Shown: piece after piece, positions 9,225-17,138 of the stretch
How the letters are laid out: every line of letters begins with the position of its first letter
How positions within the stretch are numbered: position 1 is the first letter of the stretch
Sequence record: NC_073318.1
Direction: 5' to 3' (one strand)
Length of the DNA stretch: 44,240 nucleotides
DNA from: Escherichia phage NTEC3
Notes under the pieces: model-generated
Told to the model about the DNA's origin: nothing
What the model saw: the letters and a program-made list of their open reading frames with translations, nothing else
Databases searched by the model: none
Program-made: the position numbers and the translations under genes

Positions 9225-9264
9225 AGAATCCCCTTGCATATGCGTCTGACCATCAGAGCGCACC

Positions 9265-9283
9265 AGACGCGCCCTACGCGTCT
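9265..9283. repeat. perfect inverted repeat in terS leader
   Basis: AGACGCG-CCCTA-CGCGTCT, 7-bp arms, between early/late terminator and terS start codon. Confidence 0.5.
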
Positions 9284-9311
9284 AAATGGATTATATAGGG
9301 GGATTGCTCGG

Positions 9312-9342
9312 GATGTACAGAAAAGCCCTCCGTAGAGGGCTT
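9312..9342 (-). terminator. intrinsic terminator separating early block from terminase genes
   Basis: 8-bp stem AAGCCCTC / GAGGGCTT with CGTA tetraloop; minus strand followed by TTTTCTGT. Confidence 0.55.
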
Positions 9343-9440
9343 GTATCAGTTATATAGGCCGTGGCGTGGCGCTCTTTTACCGTCGTCGCAATGGTCGTTA
9401 GCTACGGCGATAGCCCTGGCGTTTGGTATGATTAGTAGTC

Positions 9441-9659
9441 TCATATATGTTCCAGTGATTCTCTCCAGTCTGTATCTTGGTTCTCTACACACCCGAGGCA
9501 TTGTACTTCTCCATCCTCGCTCGACCATACCCATTCAAGACCCTCGATAATGGGTTCGTACTCGAAGCCGTACACAGCCCCGTCTTCATCCGTGGCAACA
9601 TAGTTTATATTATCCCACACATGAAAATGTTTACCTTTATATTCTATAGTACGACTCAT
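9441..9659 (-). CDS. hypothetical protein
   Basis: 72 aa ORF in minus-strand early block; no recognisable motif. Confidence 0.4.
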   Translation of the reverse strand: MSRTIEYKGKHFHVWDNINYVATDEDGAVYGFEYEPIIEGLEWVWSSEDGEVQCLGCVENQDTDWRESLEHI

Positions 9660-9916
9660 TCCCCGCTCTCCTCTTTAGCAATGCGTTGCTCTGTTTTAGT
9701 GATACCCCGGCGCGTGAATAACACCGGGCTAGTCTTAACGTGCGTCATCAGACGATTGTTATAAATTACGTGGCGCTCACAATCAACGTCTTTACTGTAC
9801 TTAGCAATCGTCATTTCGTTGATACCGGTTTGTCGGCATGTCTCCGCCATCGTACCAAATTCTTTAATCAGGTTAGGAATGCTGGTAATCATCCTAAGAA
9901 ATTCCTCGTTGTCCAC
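9656..9916 (-). CDS. hypothetical protein (possible HTH)
   Basis: 86 aa; start overlaps downstream gene (ATGA-type coupling); TCRQTGINEMTIAKY resembles an HTH turn. Confidence 0.4.
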   Translation of the reverse strand: MDNEEFLRMITSIPNLIKEFGTMAETCRQTGINEMTIAKYSKDVDCERHVIYNNRLMTHVKTSPVLFTRRGITKTEQRIAKEESGE

Positions 9917-10146
9917 ATCGCATTCGGATATTTGTTATCGCGGTCCTGCACCACGGCGACCATGTTACCACGTTGCACCAGGCAGAAGTGACGCTGTTGC
10001 TCGCCGTTGTAACGGCGCCAGATTGCTTCTTCGATTGCTGCGTTGATGTCGCTGAACATTAGTATCTACCCCACAGAAAACCGACCAATAGCCCAATGAA
10101 GTAACTAAGACCAACCAGACTTATAACAACCTCAAGACTCATGCTC

Positions 10147-10344
10147 TCACCCCACTATCTCATCGCCAAGCCACGCCGTTTCTCGTATATCGTCTACTAC
10201 ACACGCAGCGTGCTCGCGGCTAATCGCAAAAATGTAGAAACTGAACTTCTTCCCATCGGCGTCGACGTGGTTAACCGAGTAAGGTTTCCACAGGACGCCA
10301 TCGATAACTACCGGCTCAGGCGTGCTCATCTGGCGCCTCAACAA
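10147..10344 (-). CDS. hypothetical protein
   Basis: 65 aa ORF in early block, overlapping neighbour. Confidence 0.35.
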   Translation of the reverse strand: MLRRQMSTPEPVVIDGVLWKPYSVNHVDADGKKFSFYIFAISREHAACVVDDIRETAWLGDEIVG

Positions 10345-10603
10345 GACAACTCAGCATGTCAGTAATCTCCGTCTCAAGCCGTTTTCCTAACGCCGATTTA
10401 GTGCAGTGTTCGGCCCACTCCCCGGATTGCAACAATCCAATCATATTTTCTATGTCCGCCGTGAGTGTGAGTAACAACTTAAATGCCTCCAGTTGAAACT
10501 CACCGTTAATTGACAATTGTCCGCCTAACGTCTGTTTTTCCGACTCAAGCACCAGAATACGACGCTCAAGTGATGAGATTGTGATTTCAGGCATTGGTAT
10601 CAC
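10316..10603 (-). CDS. hypothetical protein
   Basis: 95 aa ORF, helical/acidic, in early block. Confidence 0.4.
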   Translation of the reverse strand: MIPMPEITISSLERRILVLESEKQTLGGQLSINGEFQLEAFKLLLTLTADIENMIGLLQSGEWAEHCTKSALGKRLETEITDMLSCLVEAPDEHA

Positions 10604-10772
10604 CTTTGTTCAGGTTGAAGCGGTTAATCAGTTCGCGGCGCGTCTCATAAAGCGACTCCACCATTTGCTCGGCTACCGCGATTTTATTATTCAGGACGCA
10701 CATCACGTGGCTAATGTCTACGCCGCCGTTAACGGCCTCTACCATCATCTTTTCATATTCACGGTCAGTCAT
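10587..10772 (-). CDS. hypothetical protein
   Basis: 61 aa ORF overlapping neighbours. Confidence 0.4.
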   Translation of the reverse strand: MTDREYEKMMVEAVNGGVDISHVMCVLNNKIAVAEQMVESLYETRRELINRFNLNKGDTNA

Positions 10773-10922
10773 TTTTACGCTCTCCCCACATGCGGTTGAG
10801 ATACTTGTTCTTGTCCGGCCCCGGGAAACTGTTACGTTTCATAAGTTCCTCTCGTGTCGGGAACGGGGTGTGATTGACTTTACGGCCTACACGTAATGGT
10901 TGGCTTACTTGACCTTGTTCGC

Positions 10923-11114
10923 TCATTTTGTTAACTCCATCAATTTAGCGGCTAACTCTTTCGCTTGTTCTCTGGATAAAAGCAACACCTCTTCGTTAGT
11001 ATGAATACAGATATCACCATCGTCCCATGTGACTATTTCACCAATATCTCCTGCCTTATCCTTAAAGATATAACGGCCGCAGTACAAATCTCTTTCGTAG
11101 TTAAACATGCTCAT
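10923..11114 (-). CDS. hypothetical protein
   Basis: 63 aa ORF. Confidence 0.4.
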   Translation of the reverse strand: MSMFNYERDLYCGRYIFKDKAGDIGEIVTWDDGDICIHTNEEVLLLSREQAKELAAKLMELTK

Positions 11115-11359
11115 TTCTTCTCTCCTGCATAAGCTGCTTTAAGTGTCTGCATCGCGGCGAACCAGAACGCGTCCGCAGGGATGCTATTGCTCAGGTTACT
11201 AACGGCGATGCGTGCCATCAGTTGTGCGTCTTTGAATGCTTCGATGTCTGTGATTTTCATTGGAAATTTACGCATAGCAACCGGGTCATTATCCATAGTC
11301 CATGCGATACATTTGGCTTCAAGTTCCTCGGTTATTGCGATTGTCGGTACGTTACTCAT
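11111..11359 (-). CDS. hypothetical protein
   Basis: 82 aa ORF; first gene after a 180 bp noncoding gap. Confidence 0.4.
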   Translation of the reverse strand: MSNVPTIAITEELEAKCIAWTMDNDPVAMRKFPMKITDIEAFKDAQLMARIAVSNLSNSIPADAFWFAAMQTLKAAYAGEKK

Positions 11360-11440
11360 CTTCTCTACTCCGTTCTCGTTGTCGATGGAGTAAATATAAT
11401 AGGGTCGTAGGTAATAGTCAACTAGTCATTGCAGAAAATA

Positions 11441-11476
11441 GATAAAAAAAATCCCGGCTGGGTCAGGGCCGGGATA
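11441..11476 (-). terminator. intrinsic terminator after endolysin gene
   Basis: Stem ATCCCGGC / GCCGGGAT; minus strand followed by run of 7 T. Confidence 0.6.
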
Positions 11477-11539
11477 AAACTGGAGAGCAGAGGTATGGAA
11501 CAGGAGGTGATTTAAGTATCGTCGGATTAGTCTCAGGTG

Positions 11540-12079
11540 TCAACCTTTCACCGCGCGCCCGATAGCCTCTGCCTCTTGCCACGGTTTACCGTCGAACAGC
11601 GCCAGACGACCGGCAGTACGGCGGCGCAGACCAAGTAACGGTCTGCCGTTCTGGTTGATGAACAGTGTCAGCTTAGCCCGCAGCGTCTCGATGTCACCAG
11701 AACGCAGCGCCTTACCTGTGCCCGTGGTAGCGGCAATCACGCCAGCGCCTGCGTTGTAGACCAGGTCACACACAGCGTCGAACTGTGCCTGTGTCAGTGA
11801 ATGGTGCGCTGCCGCATCAACCGCAGCTACGGCTTTAGCCATATCGCGATTAAGTAACAGGAGGCCTTGTCCTGGAGTGATGGTCTGCCCAGCCTTAACA
11901 TGCGGGCCATAGCTTCCATACCCAATAGTCAGGTACTTCTCATTTGGCGTAGCGCGATACGCAGTTCCTCGGAATCCCTCGAACGCGGCGGTAAAATGCA
12001 ATCCATTATCTGAAATATTTCGAGACACGCTTATGTCCTCCGTATGACAGCCACGCCTGGCGAATCTGACGCAGCGCAA
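11540..12079 (-). CDS. endolysin, GH24 lysozyme (T4 / P22 gp19-like)
   Basis: AAFEGFRGTAYRA...TIGYG and FDAVCDLVYNAGAG motifs match phage lysozymes; true start probably internal (near 12020). Confidence 0.8.
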   Translation of the reverse strand: MRCVRFARRGCHTEDISVSRNISDNGLHFTAAFEGFRGTAYRATPNEKYLTIGYGSYGPHVKAGQTITPGQGLLLLNRDMAKAVAAVDAAAHHSLTQAQFDAVCDLVYNAGAGVIAATTGTGKALRSGDIETLRAKLTLFINQNGRPLLGLRRRTAGRLALFDGKPWQEAEAIGRAVKG

Positions 12080-12278
12080 CTAATGTAATTAACGTCTCAG
12101 GCAGCGTTGGTGACATGCTGCCCTGTAACAGGTGGATACACCCGGCAGCGCAGACAATAGCTGTCAGGATGTATAGCACCCGACCAAACAGTCCGTCGTC
12201 CACGCTGGGATGATATACATTAAACAGCGATGCGCCTCCGATTGCCAGCATACCGCCGAACCAGAATAATTCATTCAT
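12006..12278 (-). CDS. holin-like membrane protein
   Basis: 90 aa, two predicted transmembrane segments; overlaps endolysin start. Confidence 0.45.
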   Translation of the reverse strand: MNELFWFGGMLAIGGASLFNVYHPSVDDGLFGRVLYILTAIVCAAGCIHLLQGSMSPTLPETLITLVALRQIRQAWLSYGGHKRVSKYFR

Positions 12279-12579
12279 CTGTGCCTCCTCGACGTGCGAT
12301 GTATTCTCCGGCGACGATACCGGAGAGACGGGAATAGATGGGCATCCAGAGAATTGCGATGATGAATCCGAGGCCAGCTATCTCGCGCTCTCCGGTAATA
12401 CCGAACCATTGAGCGGCGAGAGGCGCGCCAAATACGGCGCAAGTGAAGCCAGTTGCAATAAAGCAGAATCCGTCGATAGGGCCGGAAATAGCGGACTTAT
12501 GTTGTCGTAGTCCGATTACCCCACCAGCTAGTGCGGCTGCCAGAAGCCAGCCTGTCACTGTTTCAGTAAATTTATCCAA
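12271..12579 (-). CDS. holin-like membrane protein
   Basis: 102 aa, three hydrophobic segments and charged C-terminus; directly upstream of second membrane protein and endolysin. Confidence 0.5.
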   Translation of the reverse strand: MDKFTETVTGWLLAAALAGGVIGLRQHKSAISGPIDGFCFIATGFTCAVFGAPLAAQWFGITGEREIAGLGFIIAILWMPIYSRLSGIVAGEYIARRGGTDE

Positions 12580-12638
12580 GATGAATCCTCCAGGTGCGTA
12601 TTAAGTATGCAGTAACTGGAGGATACCACGGTTAGGAA

Positions 12639-13076
12639 TTATCCTAATAGTTGTTTGGTAATAATCTTGCCGCCGGTGTTGGTGTCGAACTTAGATGCAA
12701 CTGCTACGCCACCATGTGCTGAATACCCACACTCCATAGCCGCCAGTGCATATGACGAGCCAGACCCTACGGCGGCAAAGCCGTCTGCAATTGGAATAAC
12801 AGAACTTAGAGTGCAATCCCAAGATTTGTAGAACTCCACCTTATACAACGTTTCAATGTCTTTAACCCATACCAAAGCAGAGAAATCAAAATCATAATGC
12901 TTAGGCACTAAAATACTATCGTCCTTCACTAAAAGGATACCAGCTTCAGCATTACCCGCTACACCGATAACAGCAAACTCGTTCTCATATATCTTGGTAT
13001 CTGTGTTGTAGATGTGGTCCCCGGCTACTCGGGTGTCACAGGCCATTGTCTTTCCGTCAAACGCGATAGTAGTCAT
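12639..13076 (-). CDS. HslV-like proteasome-type Ntn-hydrolase peptidase
   Basis: 145 aa; N-terminus MTTIAFDG...AGDH mirrors HslV Thr1 region; VIGVAGNAEAG and AAVGSGSSYALAA match HslV GFAG and GSG motifs. Confidence 0.6.
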   Translation of the reverse strand: MTTIAFDGKTMACDTRVAGDHIYNTDTKIYENEFAVIGVAGNAEAGILLVKDDSILVPKHYDFDFSALVWVKDIETLYKVEFYKSWDCTLSSVIPIADGFAAVGSGSSYALAAMECGYSAHGGVAVASKFDTNTGGKIITKQLLG

Positions 13077-13390
13077 TTATGTCTCCAGATGTATTGTCGT
13101 CTCTGTGGTTTCGTCGGAATATCATCGTACCCCAGCGATTTCCAGTAATTAAATAGCCGGTTCGCGATAGCTGCGCGTTCCTTTGTTTTAAACTCACCGA
13201 GATTCACGGCCTTTCCGTTCTGGAATCCACAGGCGTGGATAGCTTTACGCCGTTCTTGTATCTCTGGGTACAGCACGTTACGGCGACGCTTGTGTATACG
13301 TGTCTTCGCTCTCGGTGACAGCGGCGCAAGGCCGCTTCGTTTCAGGATGTCAGTTGCAAGGCTCATTGCGATACTTCTCCAGAATCTCAC
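13073..13390 (-). CDS. hypothetical basic protein, translationally coupled to HslV-like gene
   Basis: 105 aa, Arg/Lys-rich; its stop overlaps the HslV-like start (ATGA). Confidence 0.4.
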   Translation of the reverse strand: MRFWRSIAMSLATDILKRSGLAPLSPRAKTRIHKRRRNVLYPEIQERRKAIHACGFQNGKAVNLGEFKTKERAAIANRLFNYWKSLGYDDIPTKPQRRQYIWRHK

Positions 13391-13646
13391 CTACTCTATC
13401 GTATGCATATTCGTCCGGTATTACGCCGTAACCCAGGTCGTTGTCCAGCTTAACTAACATATCGAGTATATCGTTGAGTTCGGCTTCGAGTTTCGCGTAG
13501 TCTTCGTAACTTACATAACGCCCTTCATGAGAGTCCGGAACAGGCGTTATATCTACCACGCCACTCGCGCAGTCTTCTGTTAAATCGTAGCGTATAACCA
13601 TCACTCCACCCCCTCCACATGTGTAACTGACCCGCAGTTCGCGCAC
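13350..13646 (-). CDS. tandem paralog family member C (acidic small protein)
   Basis: Likely true start MVIRYDL (internal); shares MVxRY N-terminus with the two upstream paralogs. Confidence 0.45.
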   Translation of the reverse strand: MRELRVSYTCGGGGVMVIRYDLTEDCASGVVDITPVPDSHEGRYVSYEDYAKLEAELNDILDMLVKLDNDLGYGVIPDEYAYDRVGEILEKYRNEPCN

Positions 13647-13690
13647 TCGACGTAATCAGGGTACTGGTCTTTGTATTTCTGTAGCTCGGC
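13601..13690. repeat. direct repeat copy 1 (about 90 bp) from tandem gene duplication
   Basis: About 90% identical to 13870-13959 (shared CACATGTGTAACTGACC...CAGTTCGCGCACTCGACGTAATC core). Confidence 0.7.
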
Positions 13691-13915
13691 GTTTACTTCT
13701 GCCAGTCTCGACACAAGCCCTTCTATTTCCTTGTCGGCGTCGGCTAGACGTTCCTGGTAATAGTCGTCCAGTTCCTTATAGCTGTCGTACTCTACATAAT
13801 CGCCGTATGCGTACTCAGCCATCTCAGGCTCTGGCAGGCCCCACGCTTTTACCTCATATCTCTGTACCATTACTCCACCCCTCCCACATGTGTAACTGAC
13901 CCACAGTTCGCGCAC
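13601..13915 (-). CDS. tandem paralog family member B (acidic, C-terminal CxxC)
   Basis: Likely start MVQRYEV; C-terminal ELQKYKDQYPDYVECANCGSVTHVEGVE nearly identical to paralog A. Confidence 0.5.
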   Translation of the reverse strand: MRELWVSYTCGRGGVMVQRYEVKAWGLPEPEMAEYAYGDYVEYDSYKELDDYYQERLADADKEIEGLVSRLAEVNAELQKYKDQYPDYVECANCGSVTHVEGVE

Positions 13916-13959
13916 TCGACGTAATCCGGGAACTGGTCCTTGTATTTCTGTAACTCGGC
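13870..13959. repeat. direct repeat copy 2
   Basis: Matches 13601-13690; encodes the conserved C-termini of paralogs A and B. Confidence 0.7.
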
Positions 13960-14145
13960 TTCAACTTCCAACAGCTTTAGGTCAAGATTCTGGTAGTCCT
14001 CAAACTTAACCCACTTCCCGTGGCGGTCAATGAAATGGTTGTCGGACCCATACTTAGAATATCTCTGTACCATGTTATTTCTCCTGTTTTCCAAGTCGCT
14101 TAGGTGAGCAGATAGCGCGTACCTCTGAATCGTTGGGCTTGTCAC
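13870..14145 (-). CDS. tandem paralog family member A (acidic, C-terminal CxxC)
   Basis: Contains MVQRY...ELQKYKDQFPDYVECANCGSVTHVGGVE. Confidence 0.5.
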   Translation of the reverse strand: MTSPTIQRYALSAHLSDLENRRNNMVQRYSKYGSDNHFIDRHGKWVKFEDYQNLDLKLLEVEAELQKYKDQFPDYVECANCGSVTHVGGVE

Positions 14146-14278
14146 CCTGAAACAGAAAGTGCGCGTTCTCGGCGGCGCGTGCCGCTGACTGGCACGCCTC
14201 CATCGAGTAAAACGTTTCTGATGCCGCCAGGTGCATCTGGCCTGCGGACAGTACCCAGATAAATAAGATGCTGGTCAT
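14075..14278 (-). CDS. small secreted protein (signal peptide, two Cys)
   Basis: 67 aa; hydrophobic N-terminus ILFIWVLSAGQMHLAA followed by polar mature part; overlaps both neighbours. Confidence 0.4.
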   Translation of the reverse strand: MTSILFIWVLSAGQMHLAASETFYSMEACQSAARAAENAHFLFQGDKPNDSEVRAICSPKRLGKQEK

Positions 14279-14748
14279 TTGATTTTCCCGTGGTTGTCGT
14301 GAAACCCATATTTGTTCTCAGCGTCGGCCCTCGCTGCTCTTGCGGCAGAAAGGTCGTCGAAATATCCTAAATGTACATTTTTACCGTTAACCTTTATGGT
14401 CCCTTTCCATTTACCCGCACGCTGGAACCAATACACTCCAGTAACACCTGACCGGTTGTTGGCGGCTAATTTTGTGTTTCTATGGTTTTCGGATGCTGTT
14501 ACTTTCCTAAGATTGCACAAACGATTGTCACTACGGTCGTGATTTATGTGGTCTATTTGCTCCCCTGGGTGAAGTAAATCGTCGGGGTTAAACATGTCCC
14601 ATATTATTCGATGTGCGCGGTACTGCCTCTTTTCGACCTTCAACACAACATAGCCATCCCTATTCTTACACGTTACTTTTGCTGAGGTCTTCTTCCATGA
14701 AAGAATGCCGGTAGTATGGTCATAATCGAATAGTGTGTGCCATTTCAT
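14275..14748 (-). CDS. HNH homing endonuclease with AP2-like DNA-binding domain
   Basis: IDHINHDRSDNRLCNLRKVTASENHRN HNH motif; GVTGVYW...GKWKGTIKVNGKNVHLGYFDD AP2-like segment. Confidence 0.75.
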   Translation of the reverse strand: MKWHTLFDYDHTTGILSWKKTSAKVTCKNRDGYVVLKVEKRQYRAHRIIWDMFNPDDLLHPGEQIDHINHDRSDNRLCNLRKVTASENHRNTKLAANNRSGVTGVYWFQRAGKWKGTIKVNGKNVHLGYFDDLSAARAARADAENKYGFHDNHGKIK

Positions 14749-15212
14749 TTGTTGTCAGCGTCCCATTTTCGGCAACCAGATTGCTCCCACCCGTACCTGC
14801 CCTTGCAGATAAGTTTGTACGACTCCACGTCACCTGTGGCCTCAGCCAGCTGTTTTGTCAGGCCCTTAACTTGCCCTGTCAGGTGCGATATGTGCTCAGA
14901 TTTCTTAATGTTGTCTTCCTGTAACTCGGCCACCAGCGACGAAGCATCACGTAACTGGTTTTTAAGTGACTGCACCTCATGCGCCAGGTCTTCGCACTGG
15001 CTGTTATTTACCTGCTGCCGTAAACTGTCTTTCAGCGCTCGTATTTCGTCATCCTTACCGGCGATATGCTGCTGTAGGTTGTGAATTACCTGCTTGACCT
15101 CATCAAGGTCGGATATCCGCACAGACACATTGAAAGATGTGACATCTTTCTTATTTACCTGCTGCCGTAGTTGGTCAATCAGGTACTCGAATACTTCGTT
15201 TTTGTTACTCAT
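14745..15212 (-). CDS. coiled-coil protein, unknown function
   Basis: 155 aa, heptad-rich (LRQQVN repeats), overlaps HNH gene start. Confidence 0.45.
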   Translation of the reverse strand: MSNKNEVFEYLIDQLRQQVNKKDVTSFNVSVRISDLDEVKQVIHNLQQHIAGKDDEIRALKDSLRQQVNNSQCEDLAHEVQSLKNQLRDASSLVAELQEDNIKKSEHISHLTGQVKGLTKQLAEATGDVESYKLICKGRYGWEQSGCRKWDADNK

Positions 15213-15406
15213 ACTACGTCTCCTACTAACCCAACCTTCATGACGCCGCGTTCACCTTTCTTGCCTGCACGAAGCCACTCACGCGCAACTTTCTCATCAG
15301 TGAACACAAATTTCGGTACGTGCTTTCCGTCGGGGGCGATAACCCACGCCGACCATACCGGGGTAACTTTAATCAAATGCTCGTTTTTAGTATTCATATT
15401 CTTCAC
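15209..15406 (-). CDS. hypothetical protein
   Basis: 65 aa ORF, overlapping neighbour. Confidence 0.4.
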   Translation of the reverse strand: MKNMNTKNEHLIKVTPVWSAWVIAPDGKHVPKFVFTDEKVAREWLRAGKKGERGVMKVGLVGDVV

Positions 15407-15546
15407 TCACTCCGTTATAGACGCCGTTGTAATCTCCGTCGCAGATGAACGGGTAGAGCATATCTTCATACTCGTCCTGCAACTCGCCTAAAGTCACTTC
15501 GCTATAATCTTTCATCCTCTGTCTCTCCTCTCGTTTGTGTAAATGA

Positions 15547-15575
15547 ATAGTAGCCTATTCTATATTAGTGTGCAA
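15547..15575 (-). promoter_or_regulatory. class A promoter variant (internal early promoter)
   Basis: Reverse complement TTGCAC-N17-TACTAT, 26/32 match; upstream of a small minus-strand ORF starting near 15522. Confidence 0.4.
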
Positions 15576-15722
15576 GTAAATTTTATTGGTGTTTGTATTG
15601 TTGCGTCTCCTGCAATAGTCGCTTCGATTGTTGCGTTTGGTGAAATAGAACAAAAATGAGAAAAATGATACGCTGCTGTGTAGCAGCGTAAGTCACTCAG
15701 TAAAATCCCAAACTATTGAACA

Positions 15723-15923
15723 TCACACTTCTGGCGGCTCGGGTAACGGCATCCAGTGCGTCACGTACTTATCGTAGTGATTCCAGAAAGGCTTTCTCCC
15801 GTCATCAGGAACGATGTAATAATCGTGTTGAACTGCGTTATTTAACGTTTCATACACCAGGAACTCTTTATCCGTACACCCATTACCCGGCAGCATCTCA
15901 CTACACTTAATCCACTCACCCAT
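15723..15923 (-). CDS. DUF551-like small protein
   Basis: 66 aa; WIKCSEMLP ... THWMPLPEPP pattern recalled from the DUF551 phage family; not verified by search. Confidence 0.45.
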   Translation of the reverse strand: MGEWIKCSEMLPGNGCTDKEFLVYETLNNAVQHDYYIVPDDGRKPFWNHYDKYVTHWMPLPEPPEV

Positions 15924-16219
15924 ACCTCACACCTCTTTCAATCAAGGATTGCACACCAGCTTTCCACGCCCGCCATGCGAGACGCGTCTTAACGTTCAGG
16001 TACTCTTTCTTCGAACCCTTGTTAACCGGCAGACCCTCGACGACGGCCCACCGTTCGAATGCTTCTCTCATACCAGAACCTCGCATTCATCCCGATACAC
16101 GAACAATAATGACCCTTTGTACTCAATCATAAAACCATAATGGTTGCTGCTGAACGCCAGAAAAACATCACCTACCGAGATACCGAAATCTATAAGCCTG
16201 CGGTCAGTTATTCGAATTC

Positions 16220-16516
16220 TCATTGACGGCAACCTCCCTCAGAGTCGTCGGCACGAGCATCACGATTCGATGCCGTTCTCATAAACAATTTGCCCTTACG
16301 CTGTAGCAAGTCCATCGTTACCACACCTGCACCTGACTTATTAGGGCGACGCAGTATGCTAAAGTTCCATACCCTGGCCTTTGTTACGTCTCTGGCGTTA
16401 CACACCCACAAAGCGCCATTTTCTCTTAGTTCCAGCAATTCAGAAATGTTGAAATTATTTACGGGAATAAACCCGCTAATGAACTGGCGTTCGCATTGAG
16501 GTAATTCTTCCATCAC
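16220..16516 (-). CDS. hypothetical protein
   Basis: 98 aa ORF in early block; coupled to flanking ORFs. Confidence 0.35.
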   Translation of the reverse strand: MMEELPQCERQFISGFIPVNNFNISELLELRENGALWVCNARDVTKARVWNFSILRRPNKSGAGVVTMDLLQRKGKLFMRTASNRDARADDSEGGCRQ

Positions 16517-16713
16517 TTCGCCCCTTTGAATTTAAAATTGTTGCCGATGAGCTTCATTTCATACTCTTGGTAATACGCCGCGGAACTTAACCCGTGCTCC
16601 CTTAGTAAGCTAACGACATAAGAACTTCGATACACTGTCGATTTCTTTTCAATAATACCTAAGCTACCGTATATAGTTTTTACTAACTGACCCTTCTTAA
16701 ACATAACCACCAC
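16513..16713 (-). CDS. first early gene, hypothetical
   Basis: 66 aa; probable ATG at 16704 after AGGAG; about 25 nt downstream of predicted class A promoter. Confidence 0.45.
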   Translation of the reverse strand: MVVMFKKGQLVKTIYGSLGIIEKKSTVYRSSYVVSLLREHGLSSAAYYQEYEMKLIGNNFKFKGAK

Positions 16714-16738
16714 TCCTCTGTCTCGTTCCGATAAGTGA

Positions 16739-16767
16739 ATAGTATCCTATTATATTGGGGTGTGCAA
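16739..16767 (-). promoter_or_regulatory. class A promoter for minus-strand early block
   Basis: Reverse complement reads TTGCAC-N17-TACTAT (31/32 match to consensus); first early ORF about 25 nt downstream. Confidence 0.5.
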
Positions 16768-17016
16768 GAGGATAGTTACGTTGCCGTTGTGATTCTTCGG
16801 GGATGGTTGTGCCATTATTCTTATTACTTGGTAACTAAAGGGCAGGCCTTAAGCCTGCCCAATAATCGTTACATTTTTACGGTTGCGAATCTACGGCACT
16901 TTAAGAAAATCAGATACTTAAGAGATATGCTGTCGATGAGAATAGAGCTTGCCCAGGGCAACCGGAGATACTTAGGAAGGAAAGTTACAACAATTCTCGT
17001 GTTCAGTAAGCCTGCT

Positions 17017-17048
17017 GCTTAACCCTTTGCTTAACGCACGGGTTAAGC
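17017..17048. repeat. 9-bp inverted repeat in divergent control region
   Basis: GCTTAACCC ... GGGTTAAGC separated by 14 nt that re-contain GCTTAAC. Confidence 0.45.
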
Positions 17049-17138
17049 ATTCTTACAAGGTGAACAGGAATCAAAGTAACTAAGATATAGAAGCACCTTA
17101 AACGAAGATTTTCTTAATGTCAATAGGTGTGATTATGT

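Noticed and set aside
16735-17022. 95 aa plus-strand ORF in the divergent control region
   Set aside because: Starts on a GTG inside the promoter element, has no RBS and an aromatic-rich, junk-like composition; region judged noncoding.
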